Assembly: GCF_004010195.1 (NCBI RefSeq)
Contig: NC_057720.1
Span: 5,863,086 to 5,883,968 of the forward strand
Direction of reading: 5' to 3'
Length of the DNA: 20,883 nucleotides
Source: Chiloscyllium plagiosum
Taxonomy: Eukaryota
A model generated the notes under the pieces. The model ran no database searches. It was not told where the DNA came from and saw nothing but the letters and a program-made list of their open reading frames with translations. The translations under genes and the position numbers were made by a program. The stretch's first letter is position 1. Each line of letters begins with the position of its first letter. Shown one piece after another: positions 10,171 through 20,255 of the stretch.

Positions 10171-11211
10171 GTAATACTTCTGATCGTTGATGTACATTCA
10201 TCTCTGCTAATGCTCATTTTCCTTGATTGGTCCTGATTAATTACTCAAAGTTGGCTTAAAATCAGAGACCTGTTATTTTGAAATATGCATTTACTGTATT
10301 TTTCCTTGCACTGCAACGTAACTATTTTGTTAGTCAAATGCTCAATTATTTACAGTAATATAATCATGTGGGGGACCTCAGCATGCCGAGTGGCTTGTTT
10401 ATGCTTTTCACATCTTGAAAGTCACATTAAATTACAACTTAAATACATAAAAGCATCAATGGAATAGCACTTTGCAGAAACCAGGAGAATGAATTTTGCT
10501 TGTAGTTTCTCTGTAGGTAGCCTAGAAATGTAATGGCTGAATGCAGAATGTCAATTTTAACCTCAGCTAACATAAGGTGTTGAAATGAACATTGATCTAT
10601 AAGGATCAATACTATTCACACAGCACGTTTACCTTGAAAGGAACAGAACAATTTAAATTGGAAATATTTCAACAGGATGGTAAAACAAGGTTCTATGATC
10701 AATGTTTTCTTACTTTTTCTCTATCAAGTCGCTCTTTGACCTTGATTAAACCTGTGACTGGATGAATATTGAAGTAGTTGTCTGGGTCTCCATTCACAAT
10801 GGAAAAATTAATCTGTGCATTGATCTGACTATCGCAATCTTCTGCCAGAACCTAGGCAAATAAACTCTAGGTTAATATTGAGAAATTCAGTAAGAAATAG
10901 CACTTCTATCGTGGTCAAACTTCAGAAATGAATCAGTCATTGATGTTACATTCAAAACAAGAAATGAAAATGGAAGTACTTGCCAACAGTATACTTGCAG
11001 TGATATATTAACAAATACAACTTCCATTCCTATAATAACTCTAACCTAATGAAACATGTTAAAGAGTAAAATCTTAGTTTGAGTGGTAAAACAGATGCCA
11101 AGCCTGATTTTGGAGAGCTGGCCAAAGGCATGCTTAAAAGGTTTGCTTTGGAGGAAGATTTTGAAAGCAGAGGGGAGAGTGTAGTTGCTACAGTTAATGA
11201 GGTTAATTATT

Positions 11212-11706
11212 AACTCCCCCTCCCACTCCACCGAGGATATGCAGGTCATTGGACTCATCCACCGCCAAACCACAACAACGTGACGGTCGGAGGAGGAGCG
11301 TCTTATCTTCCGACTGGGAACCCTCCAACCACAGGGGATGAACTTGGACTTCACCAGTTTCTTCATCCCCCCTCCCCCCACCTTGTCTCAGCCGAATCCC
11401 TCCAGCCCGGCTCCGCCTTCCTGACCTGCAGTCTTCTTGTTGACCTCTCCGCCTCCATCCTACTCCGACCTATCACCCTCACCTTGACCTCTTTCCACCT
11501 ATCACATTTCCAACGCCCCTCCTCCAAGTCCCTCCTCCCTACCTTTTATCTTCTCCTGCTGAACACTCTCTGCTCATTCCTGAAGAAGGGCCTGTGCCCG
11601 AAACGTCGAATCTCCTGTTCCCTGGATGCTGCCTGACCTGCTGTGCTGTTCCAGCAATAAAGTTTCAACTTTGATCTCCAGCATCTGCAGACCTCACTTT
11701 CTCCTC
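11212..11706 (+). mobile_element. Neptune-like PLE 3' end (GIY-YIG C-terminus plus pLTR)
   Basis: NSPSHSTEDMQVIGL..EEERLIFRLGTLQPQGMNLDF is homologous to the end of ORF 15658-16332. Followed by a pyrimidine-rich UTR, a hammerhead and AATAAA. Confidence 0.93.
11576..11611 (+). ncRNA. Minimal type I hammerhead ribozyme motif
   Basis: AUUC 11576-79, CUGAAGA 11580-86, helix II GGGC/GCCC, GAAA 11600-03. Predicted cleavage after GUC (11607). GAAU 11608-11. Confidence 0.82.
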
Positions 11707-11773
11707 TAAGATATCTGGTTGGCATGGATGGACTGAAGGATCTGTTTCTGTGCTGTTCACCTCTACGACTTTA
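11707..11773 (+). mobile_element. CR1 3' UTR/tail continuation
   Basis: GGCATGGA..GGACTGAAGGATCTGTTTCTGTGCTG..CTCTACGACT resembles the CR1 tail at 4245-4305. Confidence 0.8.
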
Positions 11774-11819
11774 TACATGGAGGCGGTACTGGTGATATCA
11801 CTAGACTATTGAAGTGTCT

Positions 11820-12055
11820 CTAATTGTGCCAACATTTATTACCCATCTCTGATTGCCCAGTGGAAGGACATGTAAGAATCAACCACACTGCTTTTGATCT
11901 GGAGTCACGTTTAGGCCAGCAGTTTCCTTCCACAAAGTGAGTTCACTGAGTTTTTTCCCAACAATGGTTTCATGGTCATCGTTAGACTCTTAATTCCAGA
12001 TTTGCTTTGTACTGAATTCAAATTCCACTATCCACCCAGTCCCCAGAACATTAGT
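11820..12055 (-). mobile_element. tRNA-SINE with L2-type tail
   Basis: TCTGGAGTCACG, GCAGTTTCCTTCC, TAATTCCAGATTT, GAATTCAAATTCCAC; same family as 5079 and 6930. Confidence 0.75.
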
Positions 12056-12177
12056 TGAGCAATAAATGTCAGCTTGGTCCACACCCCATGAATTAATTAA
12101 TAATTAAAGAAAGAGGTATATTGTAGAACATGTTGTCTGATAGATTGTGAACTTTTCTTCTCATGTGTAAACAGCTA

Positions 12178-12372
12178 AAGGTAAAGTTGCTTTAGTCCTA
12201 AAGGCCATGGGGCTACTCTCTCACTAGAAAGAGAGAGACGACTGGTGAGGGTTTCACTTGAGGTCATCATGCCTCAGGTGAGGTTGGGAAGGTAGGCCCC
12301 TCATCTATTGTGGGAATTGAACCCACGCCATTGGTGTTGTTCTGCATTGCAACCATCCGTCCCAGCTAACCC
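12178..12372 (-). mobile_element. tRNA-derived SINE (another family)
   Basis: The minus strand has B box GGTTCAATTCC (plus strand GGAATTGAACC, ~12313-12323) downstream of a degenerate GGTTAGCT head. Confidence 0.6.
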
Positions 12373-12409
12373 CAAGTCCCATGCATTGCTAGCTGTGCAG
12401 TAAATAAGG

Positions 12410-12660
12410 TTGTGTCACAGAGGGACATGTCCTTTTGGAGGGTGTCACCATTCAGTGGAGACATAAAACATCTGCCTCGTCTGGTGGACCTGTAAGAGCC
12501 TTGGACTTGATTCCATGAACAGCACGTACGTACGTACAGGTGGCCTGTCCAGCTTTTAATTCATCTCACTGTTGTTTGTGAAGTGATTGCTTACCATGTT
12601 TCTTCCAGGAGACACAATACATTAAAATATATTATTGGCATTGAGCTGCTTTGAAAGGCT
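12410..12660 (+). mobile_element. Highly decayed Deu-domain SINE (SacSINE1/AmnSINE1-like)
   Basis: Collinear remnants GGAGGGTGTC..GAGACATAAAAC..GGTGGAC..CTGTTGTTTGTG..ATTGGC..GCTTTG, recognised from memory of the Deu domain. Confidence 0.4.
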
Positions 12661-12880
12661 CATTAATTTGGCTTTGAATTATGGATTTTAAGAATTAATC
12701 TGCAAGTTAGACAATTTTCAAATCTAAGAATGGATCAGAACCTCATTCAGCAGCATGCTGGAGCCTGCTATCAGGCACTGTTACCTTAACCATACTGAAC
12801 TTGGGTAATACCTTTCAGTACAGTTCCTTCTGCCAACTATTCCATACTCTCCTCCCATACGTCATGAGATCACTCCCACC

Positions 12881-14566
12881 TGGATGTAGGTGTGCTCGCT
12901 GAGCTGGAAGGTTCATTTTCATGACTGACTTCCAAAAATGAAACCAGGCGGATCCAACATACCATGCTTCCGTGGATCACACAAAATTCACAAACCAGGA
13001 GCCTCCCTCAGACCCATAGTCTCACTACCTGGAATATCAACTCACAGACTGGCCAAGGAGCTACACCAAAGACTAAAACACTTAGTAGAAGACTCACCCC
13101 ACTCCATCCACTCCACCCAAGAATTCCTGAAGACCATCAAAGACACACAGATAGAAGAGGATGAAATAATGGTCTCCTTTGATGTAACAGCCCTGTTTGC
13201 ATCAATCAACATTAACCTTCAAGGAAACACTGACTACATTATCAGAAGATCCAAAGACACATACACCAAGCACCACTAACTTCATCAACAAAGACAGTAT
13301 CGTCAAACTAGTGGACCTATGCCTTACCACCCACTTCAGCTTCAACAACAAACCTACAGACAAACCAATGGAACACCCATGGGATCTCCGATATCAGGGT
13401 TCTTAGCAGAGGCAGTAATGCAGAGACCTAAACAAACAGCTCTGTCAACCATCCAACCCAAACTTTGGGTCCACTACATAGATGACAACTTTGTCACCGC
13501 TAAACTAAACAGATTAGAGGAAACCTTCAAGACCATCAATAATACCCTTACTGGCATAAAATTCACTAAAGAGGAGGAAAACAACAACAAACTGCCATTC
13601 CTAATGTGGCATTAGAGCGAACAGCCAATGGGGAACTTCAAACCGGCATCTACAGGAAAACAACACATACAGACCAAATACTGAACTACACAAGCAATCA
13701 TCTCAACATTCACAAATGAAGCTGCATCAGAACATTATTTCAAAGAGTCACCACACACTGCAGCACAGAGGAACTACGAAGAGCAGAGGAAAGTCACCTA
13801 TACCATGTATTCAAAAAGAACGGGTACCCAATAAACGCAGCCCACCGATTTCTCAGCAACAAACCCAAACAAGCAGACAAAAAACACCCAGAAACCCTAA
13901 CCACCCTCCCTTACATCAAAAATATCTCAGAAATGACTGCGAGACTACTCAGATCTCTTGGCACCATGGTAGCCCACAAACTCACTACCACATTAAAACT
14001 GCAGCTAATGAACCTGAAAGACCCCATATAGACAACAAGCACAACTAATGTAATTTACAAAATACCTTGCAATAACTGTAACAAATACTACATTGGACAA
14101 ACAGGCAGAAAACTAGTCACCAGGACACATGAACATCAACTAGCCACAAAACAACATGACCCTCTCTTACTAGTATCTCTACATACAGATGAGGAAGGCC
14201 ACCACTTTGAATGGGACAACACATCCATCCTAGGATAAGCCAAACAGAGATACGCATGAGAATTACTAGAAGCAGGGCATTCCAACAAACACATTGACAT
14301 GGACCCGATTTACCACCCCCTGAAAAAAAGAACAGGAAATGACAATCATAGGAAATGTCACCACCACAGGAAGCGACACCACCAACCCAAAGAAACCTAA
14401 AAATATAAATAGAAAGCAGGAATCACCAGCAACGCTTCATCCAGAGGCTCACCGTAAATGTTACCTAGTAGGGTGACGAAACGTCTGAAAAACGAACCTT
14501 CCAGCTCAGCAAGCAAACCTACATCCAGAACCTCAACCTGAGCTACAAATCTTCTCAAAACTCATT
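12881..14566 (+). mobile_element. Poseidon/Penelope-like PLE, 5'-truncated, RT plus GIY-YIG, with inverted 5' pLTR piece
   Basis: LRPIVS, MVSFDVTALF, GTPMGSPISG, HYIDD; NVIYKIPCNNCNKYYIGQTGR at ~14047-14110. 12881-12921 is a near reverse complement of ~14486-14527. TSD ATCACTCCCACC at 12869-12880 and 14567-14578. Frameshifted. Confidence 0.95.
14449..14488 (+). ncRNA. Decayed hammerhead motif (Poseidon-like family)
   Basis: UCA-CCGUAAA(core mutated)-U-GUUACC(UAGUAG)GGUGAC-GAA-ACGU-C-UGA. Confidence 0.55.
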
Positions 14567-14619
14567 ATCACTCCCACCATTATTCTTAAAATTAACTGAT
14601 TCCAGACAGAGAAACACTC

Positions 14620-14890
14620 GAACATTGAAACAGAAGGAGGTTATTCAGCCCCTCAAGTCTGTTCCACAGTTCAATAAGGCTTGCTCACGTGACCTAACTC
14701 CATGTCACTGTCTTTGCCCCAGATCCCTTAACACCTTTGGCTAATAATCATCCATTGAACTCGTTCTTAAAACGAACAATGAATTTAGCATCATACTTCC
14801 TGTATTTCACCATTTATGTGCCAAAGCCTTCCCGAGCATTGCTGAAAAATCTGCCGTTAACATTTAAACTATTTCTCCTTTTCTCCCTAT
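14620..14890 (-). mobile_element. Old CR1-type 3' end
   Basis: GGAGGTTATTCAGCCCCTCAAG resembles 20415-20440. Confidence 0.6.
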
Positions 14891-15480
14891 TTTCCTTTAA
14901 TATAGAGTTATAGAGCTGTAGAGCATGGAAACAGGCCCTTTGGTCCAACTTGTTCATGTGGACCAGATATCTTAACCTCATCTAGTCCCACTTGCCAGCA
15001 TTTGGCCCATATCCCGCCAAACCCTTCCTATTCATGTATCCATCCAGATGCCTTTTGTAATTGTACCAGCCTCCACCACTTCCTCTGACAGCTCATTCCA
15101 TACATGCACCACCCTGTAGATGAAAAGTCCCCTTAGACCCCTCTTAAATCTTTTCCCTCTCACCCTAAACCTATGCCCTCTAGTTATGGACTCCCCGACC
15201 CCAGGGGAGTCGATTTATCCTATCTATGCCCCTCATGATTTTATAAACCTTTATAAGGTCACCCCTCAGCCTCCGATGGTCCAGGGAAAACAGCCCTAGT
15301 CTGTTCAGCCTCTACCTATAGCTCAAATCCTCCAAACCTAGCAACATCTTTGTAAATCCTTTCTGAACCCTTTCAAATTTCACAACACCTTTCTGACAGG
15401 AAGGTGACCATAATTGCACACAATATTCCATTGGCCTAACCAATGTCCTGTACAGCCGCAACATGACCTCCCAACTCCTG

Positions 15481-16192
15481 TAAGTAGCACAGAGTACAAT
15501 AGGCGAGTGGGGGTGGGGATGAAGGTGATAGGTCAGGGAGGAGGGTGGGGGAAGGTAGCAAAGAGTACAATGGGTGGATGGGGGTGGGATGAAGGTGGTC
15601 TGTCAGAGAGGAGGGTGGAGTGGATAGGTGGAAAGGAAGATAGGCAGGTAGGACAAGTCATGGGGACGGTGCTGAGCTGGAAGTTTGGAACTGCGGTGAG
15701 GTGGGGGAAGGGGAAATGAGGAAACTGATGAAGTCCACATTGATCCCCTGGGGTTGAAGTGTTCTGAGGCGGAAGATGAAACGTTCTTCCTCCAGGCATC
15801 GGGTGATGAGGGAGCGGCGGTGAAGGATGCCCAGGACCTCCATATCCTCGGCAGAGTAGGAGGGGGAGTTGAAATGTTGGGCCACAGACCGGTGTGGTTG
15901 ATTGGTGAGGGTATCCCAGAGATGTTCCCTAAAGTGCTCTGCGAGGAGGCATCCAGTCTCCCCAATGTAGAGGAGACCGCATTGGGAGCAATGGATACCA
16001 TAAATGATATTGGTGGGCATGCAGGTCAAACTTTGATGGATGTGGAAGGCTCCTTTAGGGCCTTGGATGGAGGTGAGGGAAGAGGTGTGGGCGCAGGTTT
16101 TGCAATTCCTGCAGTGGCAGGGGAAGGTGCCAGGACGGGACGGTGGGTTGTAGGGGGGCATGAACCTGACCAGGTAGTCACGGAGGGAACGG
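15481..16192 (-). mobile_element. Neptune-like PLE fragment: Cys-rich linker, GIY-YIG endonuclease and 3' UTR
   Basis: PGTFPCHCRNCKTC..NIIYGIHCSQCGLLYIGETG..FREH..LEEERFIFRLRTLQPQGIN. The extra Cys motif upstream of GIY-YIG is characteristic of Neptune-type PLEs. Confidence 0.92.
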
Positions 16193-16447
16193 TATTTGCA
16201 CCGACAACTCCACTTACAAGGAGCTATTAACTTGCACTCCAAGGTCTCTTTATTCAGCCACACTCCACAAGATCTTACCATTAAGTGAATAAGTCCTGCT
16301 TTGATTCGCCTTTCCAAAACATAGCACCTCACATTATCTTAATTAAACTCCATCTGCCACTCCTTGGTGCATTGGCCCATCAGATCAACATCCCGTTATA
16401 CTCTGAGATATCCTTCTTCACTGTCCACTGCACCTCCAATTTTGGTG

Positions 16448-16689
16448 TGTTATGAAGTTGAAGGCATGTACTGTACCTTTAAGAGAGAGTGAATGCTGTT
16501 CTGATCTGAGAGATTACAAGCAACTGTGTGATATGACTAGATAGCATTCTCAGATTTACTGGAAAATTCAAAATATGCAACATTTAACTGTGAATGGATA
16601 CCTGAGTTTTGGTTGCTCTTTTGATAACAAATTGAATTAACCAATCAGTTTACATTATGCACCAGGATATTCACCCTCATGTCATAATA
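16448..16689. mobile_element. Probable solo LTR (internally deleted) or other short terminal-inverted-repeat element
   Basis: Ends TGTTATGA...TCATAATA (7/8 inverted match, TG..[C>T]A). Flanks GGTG/AGTG. Removing it restores CR1 TTTTGGTGTCATCTGCAAAC. Confidence 0.6.
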
Positions 16690-16925
16690 AGTGTCATCTG
16701 CAAACTTACTAACCATGCCCCCTCTGTTCACATTCAAATCACGTCTCTAAATGACAGAAAGCAGTGGACCTAGGATCGATCCTTGTGGCACACCGCTGGT
16801 CACAAACCTCTAGTCTGATATCATGAAATATTGATCACGCCATACCTGAATCTTGTAAATCACAACAAATACAATCATAATTTCTGCAATTTGCCATGTA
16901 ACTTAATATTTGGAATCAGGTATCA

Positions 16926-18058
16926 AGATGAAGGCTTGCTCGCTGAGCTGGAAGGTTGGTTTTCAGACATTTGTCACCATATTAGGTAACATCATCAGCG
17001 AGCCGCCAGATGAAGCACTGTTGGTATGGCCCGCATTCTATTTATGTGTTCAGGTTCCCTTGGATTGGTGGTGTCATTTCCCGTGGTGATGTAATTTCCC
17101 GTGATGATGTCATTTCCTGTTCTTTTTTTCTCTGGGTTGATAAATGGGATCCAAGTCGGTGTGTCTGTTATAGAGTTTCGGTTGGAACGCCGTGCTTCTA
17201 GGAATTCTCATGTGTATCTCTGTTTGGCTTGTTCTAGGATGGATGTGTTGCCCCAGTCAAAGTTGACAACGTCTGTATGTAAGGATACTAGTGAGAGTGG
17301 GTCATGTCTTTTTGTGGCAAGTTGATGTTCATGTATCCTGGTGGCTAGTTTTTTGCCTGTTTGTCTGATGTAGTGTTTGTTACAGTTATTGCATGGTATT
17401 TTGTAAATGACATTAGTTTTGCTTGTTGTCTGTATGGGGTCTTTCAAGTTCATTAGCTGCTGTTTTTGTGTGTTGGTGAGTTTCTGGGCTACCATGGTGC
17501 CAAGGGGTCTGAGTAGTCTGGCAGTTATTTCTGAGCTGTCTTTGATGTAGGGGAGTGAGGCTAGAGTTTCTGGGTGTGTTTTGTCTGCTTATTTGGGTTT
17601 GTTACTGAGAAATTGGCGGACTGTGTTCATTGGGTACCCGTTCTTTTTGAACACACTGTATAGGTGATTTTCCTTTGCTCTGCGTAGTTCCTCTGTGCTT
17701 CAGTGTGTGTTGGCTCGTTGAAATAATGTTCTGATGCAGCTTCGTTTGTGGATGTTGGGATGATTGCTTCTGTAGTTCAATATTTGGTCCATATGTTTTC
17801 CTGTAGACGCTGGTTTGAAGTTCCTCATTGGCTGTTTGCTCTACTGTGACATCTAGGAATGGCAGTTTGTTGTTGTTTTCCTCCTCTTTAGTGAATTTTA
17901 TGCCAGTAAGGGTATTATTGATGGTCTTGAAGGTTTCCTCTAATCTGTTTTGTTTAGTAATGATGAAGGTGTCATTCATGTACCGGACTCAAAGTTTGGG
18001 TTGGATGGTTGGCAGAGCTGTTTGTTCAAGTCTCTGCATTACTGTCTCTGCTAAGACC
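16926..18058 (-). mobile_element. Poseidon/Penelope-like PLE, 5'-truncated; 3' terminus about 40 nt short
   Basis: Reverse homolog of 13400-14526; NVIYKIPCNNCNKHYIRQTG. Hammerhead remnant at 16963-17001 (CUGAUGA intact, G of GAAA lost). Confidence 0.94.
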
Positions 18059-18375
18059 CCTCATTTCTGCCCATCCCTAGAATGGATGGGCAGAAATGGC
18101 CCATGCTTCTTTGTATATGGGTCCACACATGAGGGCTGCTGGGAACTCATTTTAATATCTCTTACAAAAGATGGTCAAGTGCAGTTCCCACTCGGGACCA
18201 CTTGGAGGCCCACTTAGATTACATGCATAAATCTGTGGATCACTGAGTTGAACCCATAACATCCTAGCTCTGAGCATTACCACAAAGGTGCAGCTGGGCT
18301 CACTTAATGAAAAGTAGGGCTGGGAAAGGGAATGCAAGGAGCAACTCAAATAGATGAATCTCTACCTTGAGTATG

Positions 18376-19425
18376 TAGAGTCATAGAGTCACAAAGATGT
18401 ACTGCACAGAAACACACTCTTCAGTCCAACTCGTCCATGCCGACCAGATATGCTAAATTAATCTAGTCCCATTTGACAGCTCATGGCCCATATCCCTCTA
18501 AACCCTTATTACTCATGTAAATGTTGTAATTGTACCAGCCTCCGCCATTTCCTCCGGCAACTCATTCCGTACACACACTAGACTCTGCGTGAAAAAGTTG
18601 CCCCTTAGGTCTTATTTATATATTTCCCCTCTCACCCTAAATCAATACACACACTATCCACTGCATGAAAAAGTTGTCCCTTAGATCCCTTTTACATTTT
18701 CACCCCCACACCATAAACCTATGCCCTCTGGTTCTGGATTCCCACAAGGTTTACCCATCCCAGGAAAAAGAGCGTGTTTATTTACCCTACCCATGATTTT
18801 ACAAATCTCTATAAGGTTACCCCTCAGCCTCCGATGCTCCAGAGCCTGGTATGGAAGGAAGATCGTATGAGGAAAGATTGAGACACTTAGGGCTGTTTTC
18901 ATTAGAGAAAAGAAGGTTTAGGGGTGACTTGATTGAGGTGTACAAGATGATTAGGGGGTTAGATAGGGTTGACAGTGTGAACCTTTTCCCGCGTATGGAG
19001 TTGGGTATTACAAGGGGGCATAGCTTTAAATTAAGGGGGGGTAGATATAGGACTGAAGTTAGGGGTAGGTTCTTCACTCAGCGAGTCGTAAGTTCATGGA
19101 ATGCCCTGCCAGTAGCAGTGGTGGACTCTCCCTCTTTATGGGCATTTAAGCGGGCATTGGATAGGTATATGGAGGATAGTGGGTTAGTATAGGTTAGGTG
19201 GGCTTGGATCGGCGCAACATCGAGGGCCAAAGGGCCTGTACTGCGCTGTATTCTTCTATGTTCTATGTTCTATGTTCTAAAACAGCCCCAGTCTATTCAG
19301 TCTCTCCCTATAGCTCAAACCTTCTAACCTTGGCGACATCCTTGTATATCTTTTCTGAACCCTTTCAAGTTTCACAACATCTTTCTAATAGGAGGGAGAC
19401 CAGAATTGCACAGAATAATCCAAAA
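18376..19425 (-). mobile_element. CR1 3' fragment (18376-18844 and 19279-19425)
   Basis: (TAGAGTCA)n tail; collinear with 14903-15430; diverged internal duplication of ~77 nt at ~18571-18725. Confidence 0.87.
18845..19278 (+). mobile_element. Young CR1 3' end inserted antisense into the older CR1
   Basis: Intact ORF MEGRSYEERLRHLGLFSLEKRR..FFTQRVVSSWNALP and (TTCTATG)n tail. Flanks rejoin as CCAGAG|AAAACAGCCCC (compare ~15281-15296); no TSD. Confidence 0.93.
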
Positions 19426-19504
19426 TGATATTAATTAAAACTTACAGCTTGCCAGGATTGCAAGAACTGTAAATAGGCTTTATGAAACCTGTGTCGTGAC
19501 TTAC

Positions 19505-19634
19505 CTGTGTTTGAGTAGGTGGGAGAAGGTGTAAAATGAAGGATAAAGGCATACCAACAGAACAGTAACATTGAAAAGAGTGTAGCGCAGTTCAGGGATA
19601 AAAGTGTTAATTAGCAATAGATTCACTTCTGCCC
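19505..19634 (-). CDS. Candidate 130-nt coding exon (phase 1 to 2) inside the inverted segment
   Basis: Minus-strand acceptor TTTCAGTCTATTTATAG and perfect donor CAG|GTAAGT. The only open frame is phase 1: (G)AEVNLLLINTFIPELRYTLFNVTVLLVCLYPSFYTFSHLLKH. Confidence 0.5.
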
Positions 19635-19886
19635 CTATAAATAGACTGAAATTGTGTTTTTGTTGGGTTAGGGACTATGTGATTGTAAATACATTTCTGG
19701 GAAGATTGGGTCCACTTCTAACTTCACCATGTGATGTTGAGAACCTAACGGAATGTAAGGAAACTAGCTGTAGCTGCTATTGACATGGCCAAGAGGGTAA
19801 AGGAAGATATTTTTAAATAAACCTCTGAGAAATGCATAATAACTCTAGAGAGAGTGCCGCATACATTTCCCAACATGATACCTGAT

Positions 19887-20255
19887 AGCAAGTTTTGAGA
19901 AGATTTGTAGCTCAGGTTGAGGTTCTGGATGTAGGTTTGCTCACTGAGCTGGAAGGTTGGTTTTCAGATGTTTCATCACCAGATTAGGGAACTTCATCAG
20001 TGAGCCTCCAGATGAAGCACTAGTGATATGGCCTTCTGTCTATTTATTTGTTTAGGTTTCCTTGGGTGAATGATGTCATTTCCTGTGGTGATGTCATTTC
20101 CTACGATTACATCACTTTGTGTCCTTTTTCTCGGGGGTGGTAAATGGGATCCAAGTTGATGTATCTGTTGATGAAGTTCCGGTTGGAATGTCATACTTCT
20201 AAGAATTCTCATGCGTGTCTCTGTTTGGCTTGTCCTAGAATGGATGTGGTGTCCA
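19887..20255 (-). mobile_element. Poseidon/Penelope-like PLE 3' end
   Basis: Reverse homolog of ~14215-14565 with a complete terminus (AGTTTTGAGAAGATTTGTAGCTCAGG). Hammerhead at 19964-20003 has an intact CUGAUGA/GAAA core but a weakened helix II. Confidence 0.93.

Larger units (their letters stand above)
14903..16818 (-). mobile_element. CR1 3' fragment in three pieces (14903-15480, ~16200-16447, 16691-16818)
   Basis: ATAGAGTT-type tail; similarity to the reverse complement of 8715-9017; KFADD region (TCATCTGCAAAC) and VPQGS region (GATCCTTGTGGCAC). Confidence 0.85.

Noticed and set aside
9505..10467. ORFs 9505-9699, 10029-10217 and 10285-10467
   Set aside because: Short, with no recognisable motifs or convincing splice-site pairs.
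8997..11636. Similar short ORFs 8997-9215, 9329-9553 and 11280-11636 as a small protein family
   Set aside because: They are translations of the repeated PLE terminal repeat.
12523..12537. (ACGT)n palindromic repeat
   Set aside because: About three units; ordinary slippage microsatellite.
15414..16230. Overlapping ORFs 15414-15719, 15603-16001 and 15754-16230
   Set aside because: Antisense or alternate frames of the PLE GIY-YIG region and its low-complexity UTR.
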